The position numbers and the translations under genes are program-made. A stretch of 20,000 bases of DNA from Catajapyx aquilonaris (Eukaryota): assembly GCA_000934665.2 (NCBI GenBank), contig KZ538440.1, positions 50,112 through 70,111 of the forward strand, given 5' to 3'. The notes below the pieces were generated by a model, which had not been told where the DNA came from, searched no databases, and was given only the letters and a program-made list of their open reading frames with translations. Every line of letters begins with the position of its first letter. Within the stretch, counting starts at the first letter, position 1. This document shows positions 19,875-20,000 of this stretch, piece by piece.

Positions 19875-20000
19875 CAGAGCCGGCCTTAGGGGTGGGCAGT
19901 CCGGGCGACCGCCCGGAGCCCCGCGCTTCTGGGTGGCCCCGCGCCGTGTGACCTTGAACCCCCTTAGGGGTCGTCCATAAACCACGTGACCGATTTTCGG
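19875..20000. mobile_element. Probable left end of a GC-rich hAT-like MITE (runs off the right edge)
   Basis: CAGAGCCGGCCTTAGGGG...GGGCGACCGCCCGGAGCCCCGCG resembles CAGGGCCGGCC-type hAT MITE termini. The partner TIR is outside the window. Confidence 0.5.

Noticed and set aside
19235..20000. N-terminal (myristoylated MG-start) lunapark exon(s)
   Set aside because: No suitable exon with splice sites found. The region is mostly repeats, so these exons are presumably beyond the window.

Overview
This is eukaryotic, animal-like genomic DNA (probably an arthropod or other invertebrate; inferred from the gene and repeat types), not prokaryotic. The only host gene is a spliced lunapark (LNPK/Lnp1, ER three-way-junction protein) on the minus strand. 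Seven GT-AG coding exons between 19234 and 5991 join in frame to 1203 nt (400 aa plus stop), covering two TM helices, a coiled coil, the C4 zinc finger with a (W)NPARK motif and an acidic tail. The N-terminal exon(s) lie beyond the right edge. Introns and downstream DNA are crowded with transposon relics: Tc1/mariner/pogo, PIF/Harbinger-like and hAT MITEs with readable TIRs and TSDs, a dead hAT transposase, a dead mariner-like transposase, and tRNA-derived SINEs with clear TSDs. The most interesting points are: an unclassified 2-kb foldback element with three layers of inverted repeats; two distinct mariner-like elements whose two ends are both copies of the transposase 3' end; a SINE family that appears to have swapped 3' tails; inverted SINE bodies flanking the TM-encoding exon; tandem splice sites that could shorten the Lnp C-terminus; and CpG-decay footprints of DNA methylation. 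I see no evidence for a novel multi-gene system. All alignments were done by eye.
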